Source of the DNA: Mobula hypostoma
Taxonomy: Eukaryota
DNA: 64,000 nucleotides
Reading direction: 5' to 3'
NCBI RefSeq assembly: GCF_963921235.1
Contig: NC_086097.1
Location: forward strand, 23,252,001-23,316,000
Within the stretch, counting starts at the first letter, position 1; every line of letters starts with the position of its first letter. The position numbers and the translations under genes are program-made. Of this stretch, positions 24,405-37,448 are shown one piece after another. The notes beneath the pieces were generated by a model. The model was not told where the DNA came from, ran no database searches, and saw only the letters and a list, made by a program, of their open reading frames with translations.

Positions 24405-25685
24405 ATGTTGGTTCCAAGGAAGAACCTGGTAACCTGCCTCAGAGACTGTCATCCAGCAGCGCTTACATCCGCTGTGCTGAAGTGCTTTGAGAGGTTGGTG
24501 ATGAAACAAAACACCTCCTGCCTGAGGAGCAACTTTTATCTGCTCCACTTTGCCTACTTTCACAACAGGTCAAAAGCAGATGCCAGTTCATTGGCTCTTC
24601 ACTCAACTCTGGAATACCTGGGCAGTGCAGGTGCATACACCAGAATGTTCTCCATTGACCACAGCTCTGTGTTCAATACTGTCAGCCCCTGACGACTAAT
24701 CAATGAGCTCCAAGATCTAGGCCTCAATACCTCCCTGTGCAACTGAATCCTCACTTTCCTCACTTGCAGACCCCAGTCTGTTCGAATTGGCAACAGCACC
24801 TCCTCCATGCTGATCATCATCAGCACAGGAGCACCAAAAAGCTGTCTTCTTTGACCCTGCACCACTTACTTAATGCTTACACCTCTGAGGCTAAGCACAG
24901 CTCCAATGCCATATTGAAGTTTGTTGATAACACCACTGTCATTGGCTGAATCAAAGTGGTGATGAATCAGCATATCGGAGGAAGATGGAAAATCTGGGTG
25001 AGTGGTGCCTCAACACGATCTCTCACTCAATGTCAGCATTTGATCATTAATTTCAGGAGGAGGAAACCGAGGTTCATGAGTCAGTCCTTTTCAGGGGATC
25101 AGAGATGGAGAGAGTCAGCAACTTTAAATTCCTCGCTGGTATTACTTCAGAGGATCTGTCCTGGGTACAGCATATAAATGACAATACAAAGAAAGCATGG
25201 CTGCACCTCTACTTTATGAAAAGTTTTAGAAATGCAGCATGTCATCTAAAACTTTGTCAATCTTCTTTAGATGTGCAGTGGAGAGTATACTGACTTACTT
25301 GCATGTCAGCCTGGTGTAGTAACACCAATGTCCTTGAATGAGAAAGCCTACCAAAGGTACTGGATATAGTCTGTTCCATCAGGGTAAAGCCTTCTCCACC
25401 ATTTAGACATCAACAAGGAGCACTGTTACAGGAAAGCAGCATCCATCATCAAGGACTTCCACCATCTAGGCCATGCTCTATTCTCGTTGCTGCCATCAGG
25501 AAGGGAGTACAAGAGCCTCAAGACTCACACCACCAGCTTCAGGAGCAGTTATTATTCCCCAACTATCAGGTTCTTGAACCAAAGGAGATAACCACTCAAA
25601 TTCATTTACCTGACACTGAACTGTCCCCATAACTTATGGACTCACTTTCAAGGATGCTTCATCTCATGTTCTCCATATATATTGT
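24405..25685 (+). mobile_element. Rex1/Babar LINE, decayed RT and 3' end
   Basis: LTSAVLKCFERLV, IDHSSVFNT, LKFVDNTTVIG, ERVSNFKFL. Confidence 0.88.
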
Positions 25686-25743
25686 ACCAAAAGGTACAAA
25701 ACCTTTCAGGTACAATCAGGTACAAAACCTTTCAGGTACAATC

Positions 25744-28040
25744 AGGTTGGTGCTAGATCCCAAGAGACAGAAATTGTAGAATGCCTATCAGATGGCTTTT
25801 TAGAGAAGCTTATCATTGAGCCCAGTAGGTGGAAAGCAATTTTGGATTGAGTGTTAAGGAATGAACCAGATTTGATTACAAACATGAGAAAATCTGCAGA
25901 TTCTGGAAATCCAAGCAACACACACAAAATGATGGAGGAACCCAGCAGGCCAGACCATCTATGAAAAGGGTAAACAGTCCACATTTTGGGCCAGGACCCT
26001 TCATCAGTGATTGGGGAGTTTAAGGTACCCTTAGGAGGAGTGATCATAATATGATAGAAATCACCCTGCAGTTTGATAGTGAGAACATAAAGTCAGATGT
26101 ATCAGTATTACATAAAGGGAATTATAGACACATGAGAGAGGAGCTGATTGGAAGGGGACACGAACAGGAGTCTCTGGGAGCAAGAATAGATACATCCTAA
26201 AGATAAAGACATATTCTAAATGGAGGATAAGGCAACTGTGGCTGACAAGGGAAGTTAAGGTCAGCATTAAAGCAAAAGGGAGGGCTTATATTATCTCAAA
26301 AAAATAGTGGGAAGGTAGAGGATTGGGAAGCTTTTAAAAACCAACAGAAGGCAACTAAAAAAAAACCATAAGAAGTAAAAAGCTAAAAGATGAAGGTAAG
26401 CTAGCCAATAATATAACAAAGTTCTCAAAAGATTTTTTAGATGTATTAGGAGTAAAAGAGAGGCAAAGGTAGATATTCAACCATTGGAAAATGATGCTGG
26501 AGACCTAGTGATGGGGGAAAAAGAAATGGAAGATGATTTGAATAAACATTTTGGGTGAGTCTTCACCGTAGAAGACACTAACAGTACGTAAGAAATTTAA
26601 GAGTATTGGGGACAGAAGTGAATGTAGTTGCTATTACTAAAGAAAATGTGCTTGGGAACCCAAAAGGTCTGAAAGTAGACAGGTCACCTCGACCAGATGA
26701 ACTGCAGCACAGGGTTCTGAAAGAGGCAGCTGAAGAGATTGTGGAGTTATTAATATTATGATCTTTCAAGAAACACGAGATTCTGGAATGGTTCCAGATG
26801 ACTGGAAAATTGCAAAATCACTCCATTCTTTAAGAGGGAGGGAGGGAGGCAGAAGAAAGGAAATTATAGGTTAGTTAGCCCGACTTCAATAGTTGGGAAG
26901 ATGTTGGAATCCATTATTAAAGATGACATTTTGGAGTACCTGTAGGCAAGTGATAAAATAGGCCAAAGTCAGCAGAGTTTCCTTAAGGCAAAATCTTGCC
27001 CAGCGAATCTGTTGGAAATCTTTGAGGAAATAACAGGCAGGATAGACAAAAGAGTGTCAGAGGATGTTAGTTACTTGGATTTTCAGAAAGCCTTCAACGA
27101 GGTTCTGCATATGAGGCTGATAAACAAGATAAGAAGGATACTAGCACAGATAGAGCATTGGCTGACTGGCAGGAGGCAAACAGTGGGAATAAAGGGTGCC
27201 TTTTCTGGTTGGCTGCTGGTGACTACTGGTGTTCCACAGTGGACAGTGTTGGGACACCCCTCTTTTCACATTACATGTCAGTGATTTAGTTGACAGAATT
27301 AGTAGTTTTGTGGCCATGTTTGTGGACGATATGAAAATGAGTGGAGGGAAGGTATTCTGCAGAAGGACTGAGACAGAGTGGGACAATGGGCAAAGAATTG
27401 GCAGATGGAATACAGTGTCAGGAAGTGTTCGGTCATACACTTTGGTAGAAAGAATAAAAGCGTGGACTATTTTCTAAATGGGGAGACTATTCAAAAATCA
27501 GAGGTGCAAGGAACTTGGGTGTCTTTGTGAAGGATTTCCTAAAGGTTGAATTGATTGTAAGGAAGCAGTAATGTTAGCATTCATTTAGGGAGGGCTGGAA
27601 TATAAGAACAAGGATGCAATGCTGTCGGTTTAATGTATGAGGGGTGTTGTATTCACTGGAGTTTAGAATTATGAGGTGGAATCTCATTGATACCTATTAA
27701 ATACTGCAAGGCCGAGACAGAATGGATGTGGACAGGGTGTTTCCTATAGTGAATGTCTAGGAGCAGACGGCACAGCCTCAGAATAGAAGAACACCCATTT
27801 AGAAGAGAGATGAGGGTAATTTCTTTAGTCAGAGGGTAGAGATTCTGTGGAATTTATTGCCACACATGGTGTGCAGGCCAAGTGATTTGGTATACTTAAA
27901 GTGGAGTTTGATAGGTTCTTAATTAGTCAGGTCATCAAAGGTCAATGAGGGAATGCTGTAGAGCTGGGTTGAATGGGATAATAAATCAGCCACGATGGAA
28001 TACTGGAGCAAGCTCGATGCTCTTCCTGTATATCTTATGG
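25744..28040 (+). mobile_element. CR1 ORF2, decayed with internal deletions
   Basis: YLDFQKAFNEV, TTGVPQWTVLG, AMFVDDMK; CR1 3' tail at 27900-28040. Confidence 0.9.
25878..26007 (-). mobile_element. 130-bp Penelope pLTR-derived insert with hammerhead-like motif
   Basis: interrupts CR1; 5-bp TSD tgatt (25873-25877, 26008-26012); matches 63008-63138. Confidence 0.8.
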
Positions 28041-28294
28041 GCTTAGGGTCTTATCATCTTTATTGCTTATTTATTTATCATTATTCTGTCGTTTACTTTT
28101 TTAGTTTTTATATTTGCACAACTTGTTGTCTTTTGCACATTGATTGTTCGTCCATCTTGTGTGCAAGTTTTCATTGATTCTATTGTGATTCTTTGTGTTC
28201 ACTAAGAATGCCTGCAAGAAAATTAACGTTAGGGTGGTATATTGTGACATATATGTACTCCGAGAATAAATCTACTTTGAACTTTGAAACAATC

Positions 28295-28570
28295 ACATCC
28301 TTGGTGATGGGGTCCTTAATTATGCAAGCCGCCTTTTGAAAACACTACCTTTTGAAGACGTCCTCAATGGTGGGGAGGCTAGTGTTCATGTTGGAACTGG
28401 TAGAGTTTGTGACCTTCTGCAGATTTTTCTGATCCTGTGCAATGACCTCTCCATACCAGGCAGTGGTGCAACTGGTTAGACTGCTCTCCACAGTATATCT
28501 CTAGAAATTTGCTCAAGTCTATAGTGGCATACTAAATTTCCTCAAATTCCTCATGAAATATAGTTTTAGA
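28295..28570 (-). mobile_element. Rex1-type 3' coding fragment
   Basis: reverse complement similar to 1930-2180. Confidence 0.7.
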
Positions 28571-28844
28571 TAGTCTCCACCCTGATCCCAAAATTAATTT
28601 GATTTGGAAGCATATCATAGCTGATAAATAACTACCAAAGTTACAGAAAACATCCAGGAGCAAACTGAAAAGCAGATTTAAAACTAGTTTTGGGAGCCGA
28701 GCCAAGAGCTTAAGAGGCAAACTGACTCTAATGTTAAGAGGCGTTCAGATTATTGAAGCATTGAATGCTAATACTGTAATAGTGAGCGTTCTTTGGTTTA
28801 CTTTTTACAGTAGCATATAATATCAGAGTAGATTAGATGACATA

Positions 28845-29165
28845 AGGTTAGCTTTATTTGTCACATGCACATCAAAACATCGAAACATTCAATGAAATGC
28901 ATTGTTTGTGCCAAATCAAATCAGCGAGGATTGTGGTGGTCGCCCACAAGTGTCACCACGCTTCTAGTGCCAACATAGCATACCCACAGCTTACTGAACC
29001 TAGCTGTGCGTGTTTGGAATGTGGGAGGAAATGGGAGCGCCCAGAGGAAACCCACGGGGAGAACTTACAGACTCCATACAGATGGCGGTGGGAATTGAAC
29101 TCTAATTGTTGATCGCTGGTTAGCGCTGTAAAAGTTGATGCTAACTGCTATGTTACTGTGCCATC
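28845..29165 (-). mobile_element. V-SINE with Rex1-like tail
   Basis: core tttggaatgtgggaggaaa...cccagaggaaacccac; tail ttagctttatttgtcacatg. Confidence 0.8.
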
Positions 29166-29244
29166 CTTAACATCAAATGTTCAAAGTAACATCATACTCT
29201 ATACAGTTTATTTGAATAACCATTTTCCAGAAATAACCAATGCT

Positions 29245-29640
29245 GTATGAAGTCTGATGGATCTAAAGGAATGGGAGGTTATCTGTTTGAAATGAAGAAA
29301 ATTCTTATGGAACTTGACAGGGAAGATACAGACACAATATTTCCCCAGGCTCTGATGTCGAGAACCAGAGGAAGCAATCTCAAAATAATAGGTTGTTATT
29401 GAGGACAAGATAAGAGGAAATTTCTTCACGAGGTGAGAGAGAATTGTTGAAGTTCTCTACCCAAGAAGGCTTCAGAGGTTGGTTGCTCAATGTATTCAAG
29501 GTAGAGGATGGTAAAAGGTTTAGGTATGAAGATTGTCAAGGAATGTGCAGTCAGAAAGAGGTGGTGATATTAAAAGGCCAGCCCTGATCTTATAGAATGA
29601 TGGTGCAGCTACGACAGGCCGAATAGCCTTCTCCTGCACA
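29245..29640 (+). mobile_element. Old CR1 3' end
   Basis: diverged match to 44400-44800. Confidence 0.65.
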
Positions 29641-30502
29641 TATTACTATTTGAATAAATCCGGGGGTGCGGGTGAGGGGGGGGTTTGAACTGAAATATTT
29701 ATGAGGTCATTTACATTATGGATCCGTATCGATGAACATTTTATTGCTCTTAAAATCTGCCTGAGGCAATGAGCCTCCAAGAGAGTGAAGCAGGAAATTG
29801 TTTAATGATTCTGATGAAATGTAATTGACCTGAAATCTTTTCACAAAACATCGAACAGGACAAGACAGTACAAGCCCTTTGGCCCACAGTGTTGTGCAGA
29901 CCTTAAACCTACTTTAAAGTCAACGTAACCCTTCTCTCCCCAATTTTTTATCATCCATGTGCCTATCAACAAACTCCTTAAATGCCCCTAACTCTTACTC
30001 ACTTTCCACTGATGCTACCTGACCTATGGACTACTTCCGGAGCTTTCCAGTTTTATTTTTAACCAAGCAATGGTTCTGTTTTTGTGATTCGCTTCTATCG
30101 TGAAATTGGTAAAATAATTACCAGCTTCTGCTGAACTTGATTGCAAGGTTAAGTAACAGCTGCTTTTCCCCAGACGTTATTTGCTTTAGGTGAATAATGG
30201 AAACGAGAGGGAAGATGTTTGATAAAATACTGGTGTGCCAATAGCTATCAACTATTTTGTTGCGGTGCTAATGGATTCATATTACTGAGTAGAATATTAC
30301 TGACAGGAAAGTGTTTTGAAAGGAAGTGTGCTCAGAATACAAATGAGCCATTTTCTGCCTACTTTTATCCCAAATAGAAAATGCAACTGACATAATGTAA
30401 ATTTGCCATCAGCATCTATTCAACTTCATTTCATTGCTGTAGATGGATCACCTTGAATTTCTTTATTGTAAAACCTGTTCTATAGATGCATTGTATCTTA
30501 GG

Positions 30503-31025
30503 TAACACACAGAAAAATGCTGGAGAAACGTAACAGGTCAGGTAGCATTGATGGAGGGGAATAAACAGAGGAATAAATTGAGAGGAAACTCCAACGTAGA
30601 TTGGGGGAACGCCGTACTTTGGCACCTTTGCTTTGTCGGAAGCAGACAGGATTTCCCAGTGACAACCCATTTTGATTTGACTTCCTATTTCTATTCCGAG
30701 ATGTTGATCCATGGCCTCCTGTGCTGCTATGATGAGGGCATCACTCCATATTCTGTCTGGGTAGTCTCAAACCCAATGGCGTGTACATTGATTTCTCTGT
30801 CTTATGATAATTTATCACTGCTCCCCTTTCTTTCTTGTTCCATTCCCCATTTTGGCTCCCCTCTTACCCTTTCTCTTCTCTTCACCTGTCTATCACCTCC
30901 TTCTGGTGCCTCTCCGCCTTCCCTTTCTCCCATTGTCCACTCTCCTCTCATATCAGTTTCCTTCTTCTCCAGCCCTTTACCTTTCTCAGCCTCTCACTTC
31001 ATTTCGCCCCCCACCCACCCACCCA
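30503..31025 (+). mobile_element. Penelope fragment (GIY-YIG C-terminus and pyrimidine-rich pLTR) with a short inverted pLTR piece at 30503-30570
   Basis: DFPVTTHF...MLIHGLLCCYDE parallels ORF 63077..63685. Confidence 0.75.
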
Positions 31026-31183
31026 TCCGCAATGGTTCGAAGGCTCGTTTGATTATCAAAGTACACATGCAGAGATTCATCTTCTCCAGATAACCATGAA
31101 ATACAGAAAAAAACATGGAATTCGTTGAAAGAAAAGACATCAACCCCACCCCGACACAAAAAGAAAAAGTAACAATATCTCGC

Positions 31184-31509
31184 AAGTTCGTGGCCTAATG
31201 TAGAAGGAGATGAGTTATACAGCTCTCGTTACATGCATTTGCAGTTCAACTCTTTGAGTGATTATGTAGAAAGTTTGAAGTTAACTCATCGCCTTCTACC
31301 CTAGGGCATGAACTTATCAATCACCCCTGCTGTGGACCACTTTCTGAAGGTCCAAGATGCTGACTTCTACAAAGAAGGGATCCGTATGCTCCACGACCAC
31401 TGGACTAAGTGTGTAAATGTAGGAGGGGACTATGTTGAAAAATAAATGTGGTAGGTTTTCTAAAATGGACTCTTCCACCTTAGGCCACGAACTTATCAGT
31501 CACCCCTCG
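31184..31509 (+). mobile_element. Non-autonomous mariner derivative
   Basis: 31329-31445 translates AVDHFLKVQDADFYKEGIRMLHDHWTKCVNVGGDYVEK*, a mariner transposase C-terminus; TIR ends cacccctcg followed by TA. Confidence 0.88.
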
Positions 31510-31767
31510 TATGTTCTAAAGAATGTCCGTTGGCTAACAAAATCCATTCTGAAAAATATGGATTTGAATTTGCTGACGAACACGAAGGCAGCCAGATGGG
31601 TGTGAAAAGTTGCTCTCCTCTTTGTTGAGACCATTTTCAACTGCACACAACTGGCTTTTCACAGAGTTCTTTCAATGAATTTCTCGGCCTAGACAGATTG
31701 ACACCGTGTTACCCTGCCAAGATGGAGCTGATCATAAGTCTTTCCAATGACTAGGGTCCATATTAAA

Positions 31768-32150
31768 CTCATTGGAGTTTAGTGGAATGAGGGGGGACCT
31801 GACTGAAACCTATTAATTAGTGAAAGACCTGGATAAAGTGGACATGGAAATGATTTTTTTTCTGCAGTGAATAGAAGGATGTCCCTTTAGAACACAGCGG
31901 AGAAGGAATTTCTTGAGCAAGAGAGTGATAAATCAGTGGAATTCGTTGACACAAATGGCTGTGGAAACCAAGTCATTTAAGTCAGTACTTAAAGCAGAGG
32001 CTGATAGGTTAGGAAGGGCATCAAAGGTTGCAGGCGGAAGGCAGGGGAATGGGGATGAAAGGGATAATAAATCAGGCGTGATCAAATTTCAGAGCAGACG
32101 CAGGCTGAATGGCCTAATTCTGTTCCTATGTGTTATGGTCTTATGGTCTA
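31768..32150 (+). mobile_element. CR1 3' end
   Basis: RVINQWNSL; ttatggtcttatggtct tail. Confidence 0.8.
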
Positions 32151-32762
32151 AACACAATATAATTATAGTTATATTGTAATTTGTAATTATGTTTCACTTG
32201 CTTTATGTGATTGGATAATTCATCAAAACGATGAGTTATTCTGCTTTTATTCAGTAAAATTGCTGTAGTTTTGATTTGAGTCCTGCTTGTGGTGGAAGCA
32301 TTTAAAGTCTATTATATCAAGCATTTGTAGCAGTGAGCTCCTTAAACATGACTCACTTTGAAGGCAGGGCAAGTAATTATCTCAAGAGATTGGGCTTCAA
32401 AATCGTTATCACCTGTTATACCCCAAACAAAAGTCAGATTCACAACATTGTCTTCAGGAAGAAAACGGCGTGGGAGGGAAAATTAACCACCAATGACATG
32501 GTAAAGAGAAAAGAATGAGGTAGAAATTATATTGCTACCTCCGTAAGGCATCAAAACAATGTTCTTTTTATGTTAATGTTGTTTGTGAACATTGCATCAA
32601 AATCTGAACCTCCAAATCCAAAGATCACAAATCGGAGTTGTTAGATCTCCCATGTAACTTCTCATTGACTGCAAATCTTCTGCGCTGCCTGTTATCACAT
32701 TTGGAAAGATTTCAAGTGAAATAACAATTCACATCCATTCATTCCAATCTAACATACTGCAT

Positions 32763-34872
32763 TAGAACCATAGAAAGAACACTACAGCGCAGAAAAGCCA
32801 TTCGGCCCTTCTAGTCTGTGCCGAAACATTATTCCGCTAGTCCCATTGACCTGCATCCAGTCCATAACCCTCCAGACCTCTCTCATCCATGTACCTATCC
32901 AATTTATTCTTAAAACTTAAGAGTGAGCCCACATTTACCATGTCAGATGGCAGCTCGTTCCACACTCCCACCACTCTCTGAGTGAAGTTCCCCCTAAACC
33001 TTTCCCCTTTCACCCTAAAGCCATGTCCTCTCGTATTTATCTCTCCTCATCTAAGTAGAAAAAGCCTATTCACATTTACTCAGTCTATACCCCTCATAAT
33101 TTTGTAAACCTCTATCAAATCTCTCCTCATTCTTCTATTCTCTAAGGAATAAAGTCCTAACTTGTTCAATCTTTCCCTGTACCTCAACTCCTGAAGACCC
33201 AACGACATCCTAGTAAATCTTCTCTGCATTCTTTCAATCTTACTGATATCCTTCCTATAGTTAGGTGACTAGAACTGTACACAATACTCCAAATTTGGCC
33301 TCACCAATGTCTTATACAACCTTCCCGTACCTTCCCATAACATCCCAACTCCTATACTCAATACTTTGATTTATGAATGCCAGGATGCCAAAAGCCTCCT
33401 TACAACTCTGTCTACCTGTGGCGCCACTTTCAGGGAATTATGTATCTGAACTCTCAGATTTCTTTGTTCATCAGCAAAATTGCCAATCCAATTTACCACA
33501 TTATTATCTAGATCATTGATATAGACAACAAACAACAATGGTCCCAGCACAGATCCTTGAGGCACACCACTAGTCACAGGCCTCCAGTCTGAGAAGCAAT
33601 CATCCACTACCACTCTCTGTCATCTCCCACACAGCCAATTTCGAATCCAGTTTACAACCTCTCCATAGATACCTAGTGTCTGAACCTTCTGAACTAACCT
33701 CCCATGTGGGACCTTGTCAAAGGCCTTGCTAAAGTCCATGTAGACAGCATCCACAGCCTTTCCTTCGTCTACTTTCTTGGTAACCTCCTCAAAAAACTCA
33801 ACAAGTTTCGTTAAACACGATCTACCACGCACAAAGCCATGCTGACTATCCTTAATCAGCCCTTGGCTGTCCAAATACTTGTATATCCAATCTCTCAGAA
33901 CTCCTTCCAATAATTTACCTACCACTGATGTCAGGCTCACTGGCCTGTAATTTCCTGGTTTACTTTTGGAGCCTTTTTTAAACAACGGAACAACATGAGC
34001 TACCCTCCAATTCTCCGACACCATACCCGTGGCTAAGGACATTTTAAATATTTCTGCCAGGGCCCCTGCAATTTCTACACTACTCTCTCACAAGGTCTGA
34101 GGGAATATCATGTCAGGCCCGGGGGATTTATCGACCTTTATTCGCTGTAAGGCAGCAAGCACCTCCTCCCCTTTAATCTCTATATGTTCCATGACACTAC
34201 TGCTTGTTTCCCTTCCTTCCATATACGCTATGCCAGTTTCCTGAGTAAATACTGATGCACAAAAACTGTTTAAGATCTCTCCCATCTCGTGAGGCTCCAC
34301 ACATAGACAACCACTCTGATCTTCTAGGTGACCAATTTTGTCCCTTACTATCCTTTTACTCTTAATATACTTGTAGAAACCCTTCAGGTTTACCATCATG
34401 TTATCTGCCAAAGCAACCTCATGTCTTCTTTTTGCCTTCCTGATTTCCTTCTTTAGTATTTTCTTACATTTTCTATAATCTTCAAGTACCTCATTTGTTC
34501 CTTGTTGCCTATACCTGCTATACACCTCTCTCTTTTTCTTAACCAGATCGCCAATATCCCTTGAAAACCAAGATTCCCTATGCCTGTTAACTTTGCCTTT
34601 AATCCTGGCAGGAACATGCAAACTCAAAATTTTGCCTTTGAATGCCTTCCACATACTGAACACATCCTTGCCAGAAAACAACTTATCCCAATCCACTCTT
34701 CCAAGATCCTTTCTCATTTCCTCAAAATTGGCCCTTCTCCAATTTAGAACCTTAACTCGAGGACCAGACCTATCCTTATCCATAATTAACTTGAAACTAA
34801 TGACATTATGTTCACTGGATCCAAAATGTTCGCCTACACTTAGTTCTGCAATCTGGCCTGTCTGGTTCCCTA
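32763..34872 (-). mobile_element. CR1 ORF2, relatively young, with internal deletions
   Basis: ORFs 34088..34948, 33620..34042 (NYRPVSLTSVVGK, YMDFSKAFDKVPH), 33371..33613 ([18 protein letters not shown]). Confidence 0.95.
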
Positions 34873-34914
34873 ATTGAAGATTTGGTGAAGAAAATGTGGT
34901 CTCCTTTATTTTCA

Positions 34915-35545
34915 AAGTCAAAGTCAAATATAATATTAAAGTAGGCATATGTTACCTTGAGATTCATTTTCTTACAGGCATTTTCAGAAAAAGTAAATAA
35001 ATACAGTGGAATTTATAAGTAACTTTGCATAAATAAAGACTGACAAACAACCAGTGTGCAAAAGAAGACAGATTGTGCAAATCAAAACAAAAACTTCTCA
35101 GAACATGAGTTGTAAAGAGTCCCTGAAAGCAAGTATGTAATTTGCAGAATCAGTTTAGCATTAAGGCCAGTGAAATAATCCATGCTGCTTCAGGAGCCTG
35201 ATGGTTGCAGGGTAATAATAGTTCTGAACCTGGTGGGGTGGGATCTAAGCCTCCTGAACCTTCTGCTCTATGGTAGCAGCGAGAGGAGAGAGCGCATGGC
35301 CTGGAAGGCGGGGATCCTTGATGATGGTTGTTGCTGTCTTGTGGGAGCACTCCATGTAAATGTGCTCAGTGGTGAGGAGGGCTCTCTCTCTGATGGAGTG
35401 GGCTTCCACCACCTTCTAAAGACTTTTCTGTTCCTGGACATTGGTGTTCCCCTACTAGGCTGTTTTACAGCCGCTCAGGATACTCCTTGTTGTGCATCTA
35501 TAGGAGTTTGTCAGAGTTTTAGATGACATGCTGAATCTACACAAA
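34915..35545 (-). mobile_element. Rex1-type 3' fragment
   Basis: similar to 20-595. Confidence 0.75.
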
Positions 35546-35639
35546 CTACTATGATAATATGATGCTGTCTATGTGATGGAGAAACAGCACAGATGAATTA
35601 ACCATTGACTGACCAAAACGTAGAGATGACCATGAACCT

Positions 35640-36045
35640 CTATTCCTCTGTAAATTTTTCTCCAGCCTTCAATTCTGATCTCCCTATGCTCAAGTTTGAA
35701 GAACAGAACCTCATCATCCGTGTCTGGTAACAGTGAACTTGATCATTTCAGATAACCATATTGTTTTACTATCTCCAGAGATATACTTTCAGTTTCATTT
35801 TTAGTTTCTCTTTGTTCTTCAGATTTGAAGTAATTGTTACAAGATCAAATTCAATCTGCATTACATCACATATATTTCCTCCAATTTCTCTTCTCCTCTG
35901 CACCTTAGTATCTCATTTTGCCTGTTTTGCAGAAGCCTCGGCCAAAAAAAATCAACTCTGTCTCTCTCCACATTGATGCCTCCTGACGTGCTGAATGCTG
36001 CCGGCATTTGATATTTTTGTTTTGCATGTTCAACATCTGCAGATT
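35640..36045 (+). mobile_element. Old Penelope fragments
   Basis: KFEEQNLIIR at about 35693-35722; pLTR-like 35930-36043. Confidence 0.5.
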
Positions 36046-36476
36046 TTTTTTTAGTAAACTCCAGTTTAGGCTTGACAAACAACCCACGAATATGGCTGTA
36101 ACCAATACACTTCGATTTCTGTGAAATTGTTTGGTGTGTGTCCTACAGTATGTAATTTCCATCCATCTCCAATTCATAGTGTAACTCATTGGCCAGTACA
36201 GTGGGCATGTTGCTCAGACAATTGTAAAGCTCCTTTATCTATTAATTAGGATATACTTAACAAAGACCAATTAAATTGATTGTCATATGATGACAAGCTC
36301 ATGTTGTTGCTATTTCTTGCTATTATACCTTTGTGATGTTGGTTGGATACATTGCAAGAAGGGAAAATATAATTACTGAGAGCCTGTGAGCCCTCCAGCT
36401 GTACAGACAATGAGACCAGCAAAGTTACTGTACATTGTGGTCTTGCTTCATGAAAAACAGTATTGTGCACACACAC

Positions 36477-36484
<8 letters not shown>

Positions 36485-36542
<58 letters not shown>
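36485..36542 (+). repeat. (GT)n microsatellite, about 29 units
   Basis: uninterrupted dinucleotide run. Confidence 0.99.
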
Positions 36543-36543
<1 letters not shown>

Positions 36544-36844
36544 GGCGCGTGGCCAAGTGGTTAAGGCATTGGTCTAATGATCTGAAGGTCGCTAGTTTGA
36601 GCCTCAGCTGAGGCAGCTTGTTGTGTCCTTGAGCAAGGCACTTAACCACTCATTGCTCTGCGTCAACACCGGTACCAAGCTGTATCGGCCCTAGTGCCCT
36701 TCCCTTGGATAACATTGGTGGCGTGGAGAGGGGAGCCTTGAAGCATGGGTAACTGCCGGTCTTCCATACAACATTGCCCAAGCCTGTGCCCTGGAAGCCT
36801 TCCAAGGTGCAAATCCATGGTCTCATGAAACTACCGGATGCCTA
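36543..36844 (+). mobile_element. tRNA-derived SINE (second family)
   Basis: A box tggccaagtgg (36550-36560), B-box-like gtttgagcc (36595-36603), gtgtccttgagcaaggcacttaacc central motif. Confidence 0.85.
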
Positions 36845-37448
36845 TGTATATATAGCGAGGGTGGCTAAGATTTTTGCTCAGTACTGTTTACGTCAATGTG
36901 GAGTGGAGAGCACGTTTGTAAATCTGGCGGGAGCAAAGCATGTTGGATATGGTAAGCGTGGAGCGCCGTGTGAGGCAGAGAAGGAGTGCCAGGGTGGGGA
37001 GGGGTGGCGCGCGTGCAGACACACCCAGCCCTAAGACACCAGGCATGGCTATTTGCTTCCAAATAATTGGTTTATTGATCATTACAAAATGTCTCTCTGG
37101 TGCTTCCCCCTCCCTTCCCTCTCCCGTCCCCTTTTCCTAACCATGATTCCCCACTTCCTGCCCTCTTCTCACTCTGTCCACTATAGAGACCCATCTAAGA
37201 ATCAGGTTTATCCTCACCCACATGTCATGACATTTGTTGTTTTTTTTGCAGCAGCAGTACAGTGTAATACACAAGATTACTACAGTGCTGTGCAATAGTC
37301 TTAGCCACCCTACCTATATATATGCTCCTAAGAATTTTGCACAGTACTGTATAATCAGGTTCAACTCAACTGATTTTCACATGTGAATCTGAGTCTTTAC
37401 AAAAATGGGTTGTCAGTGTTTGAGAATACAATACTTTCAACATCATTT

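Larger units (their letters stand above)
36458..37349. mobile_element. Non-autonomous Tc1/mariner-type composite element with hairpin termini
   Basis: cagtactgtgca-type TIR present four times (36458, 36886, 37283, 37349), right end followed by TA. Confidence 0.7.

Noticed and set aside
30548..31093. 181-aa ORF
   Set aside because: Penelope remnant plus low-complexity pLTR sequence.
34088..34948. 286-aa ORF as a functional protein
   Set aside because: CR1 ORF2 fragment with a non-element N-terminus, followed by a frameshift and deletions.
36543..36615. tRNA gene
   Set aside because: A and B boxes are present but continue into a SINE body; no acceptor stem or T-run terminator.
36386..36649. 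VC and HT repeat peptides
   Set aside because: Translations of the (GT)n microsatellite.
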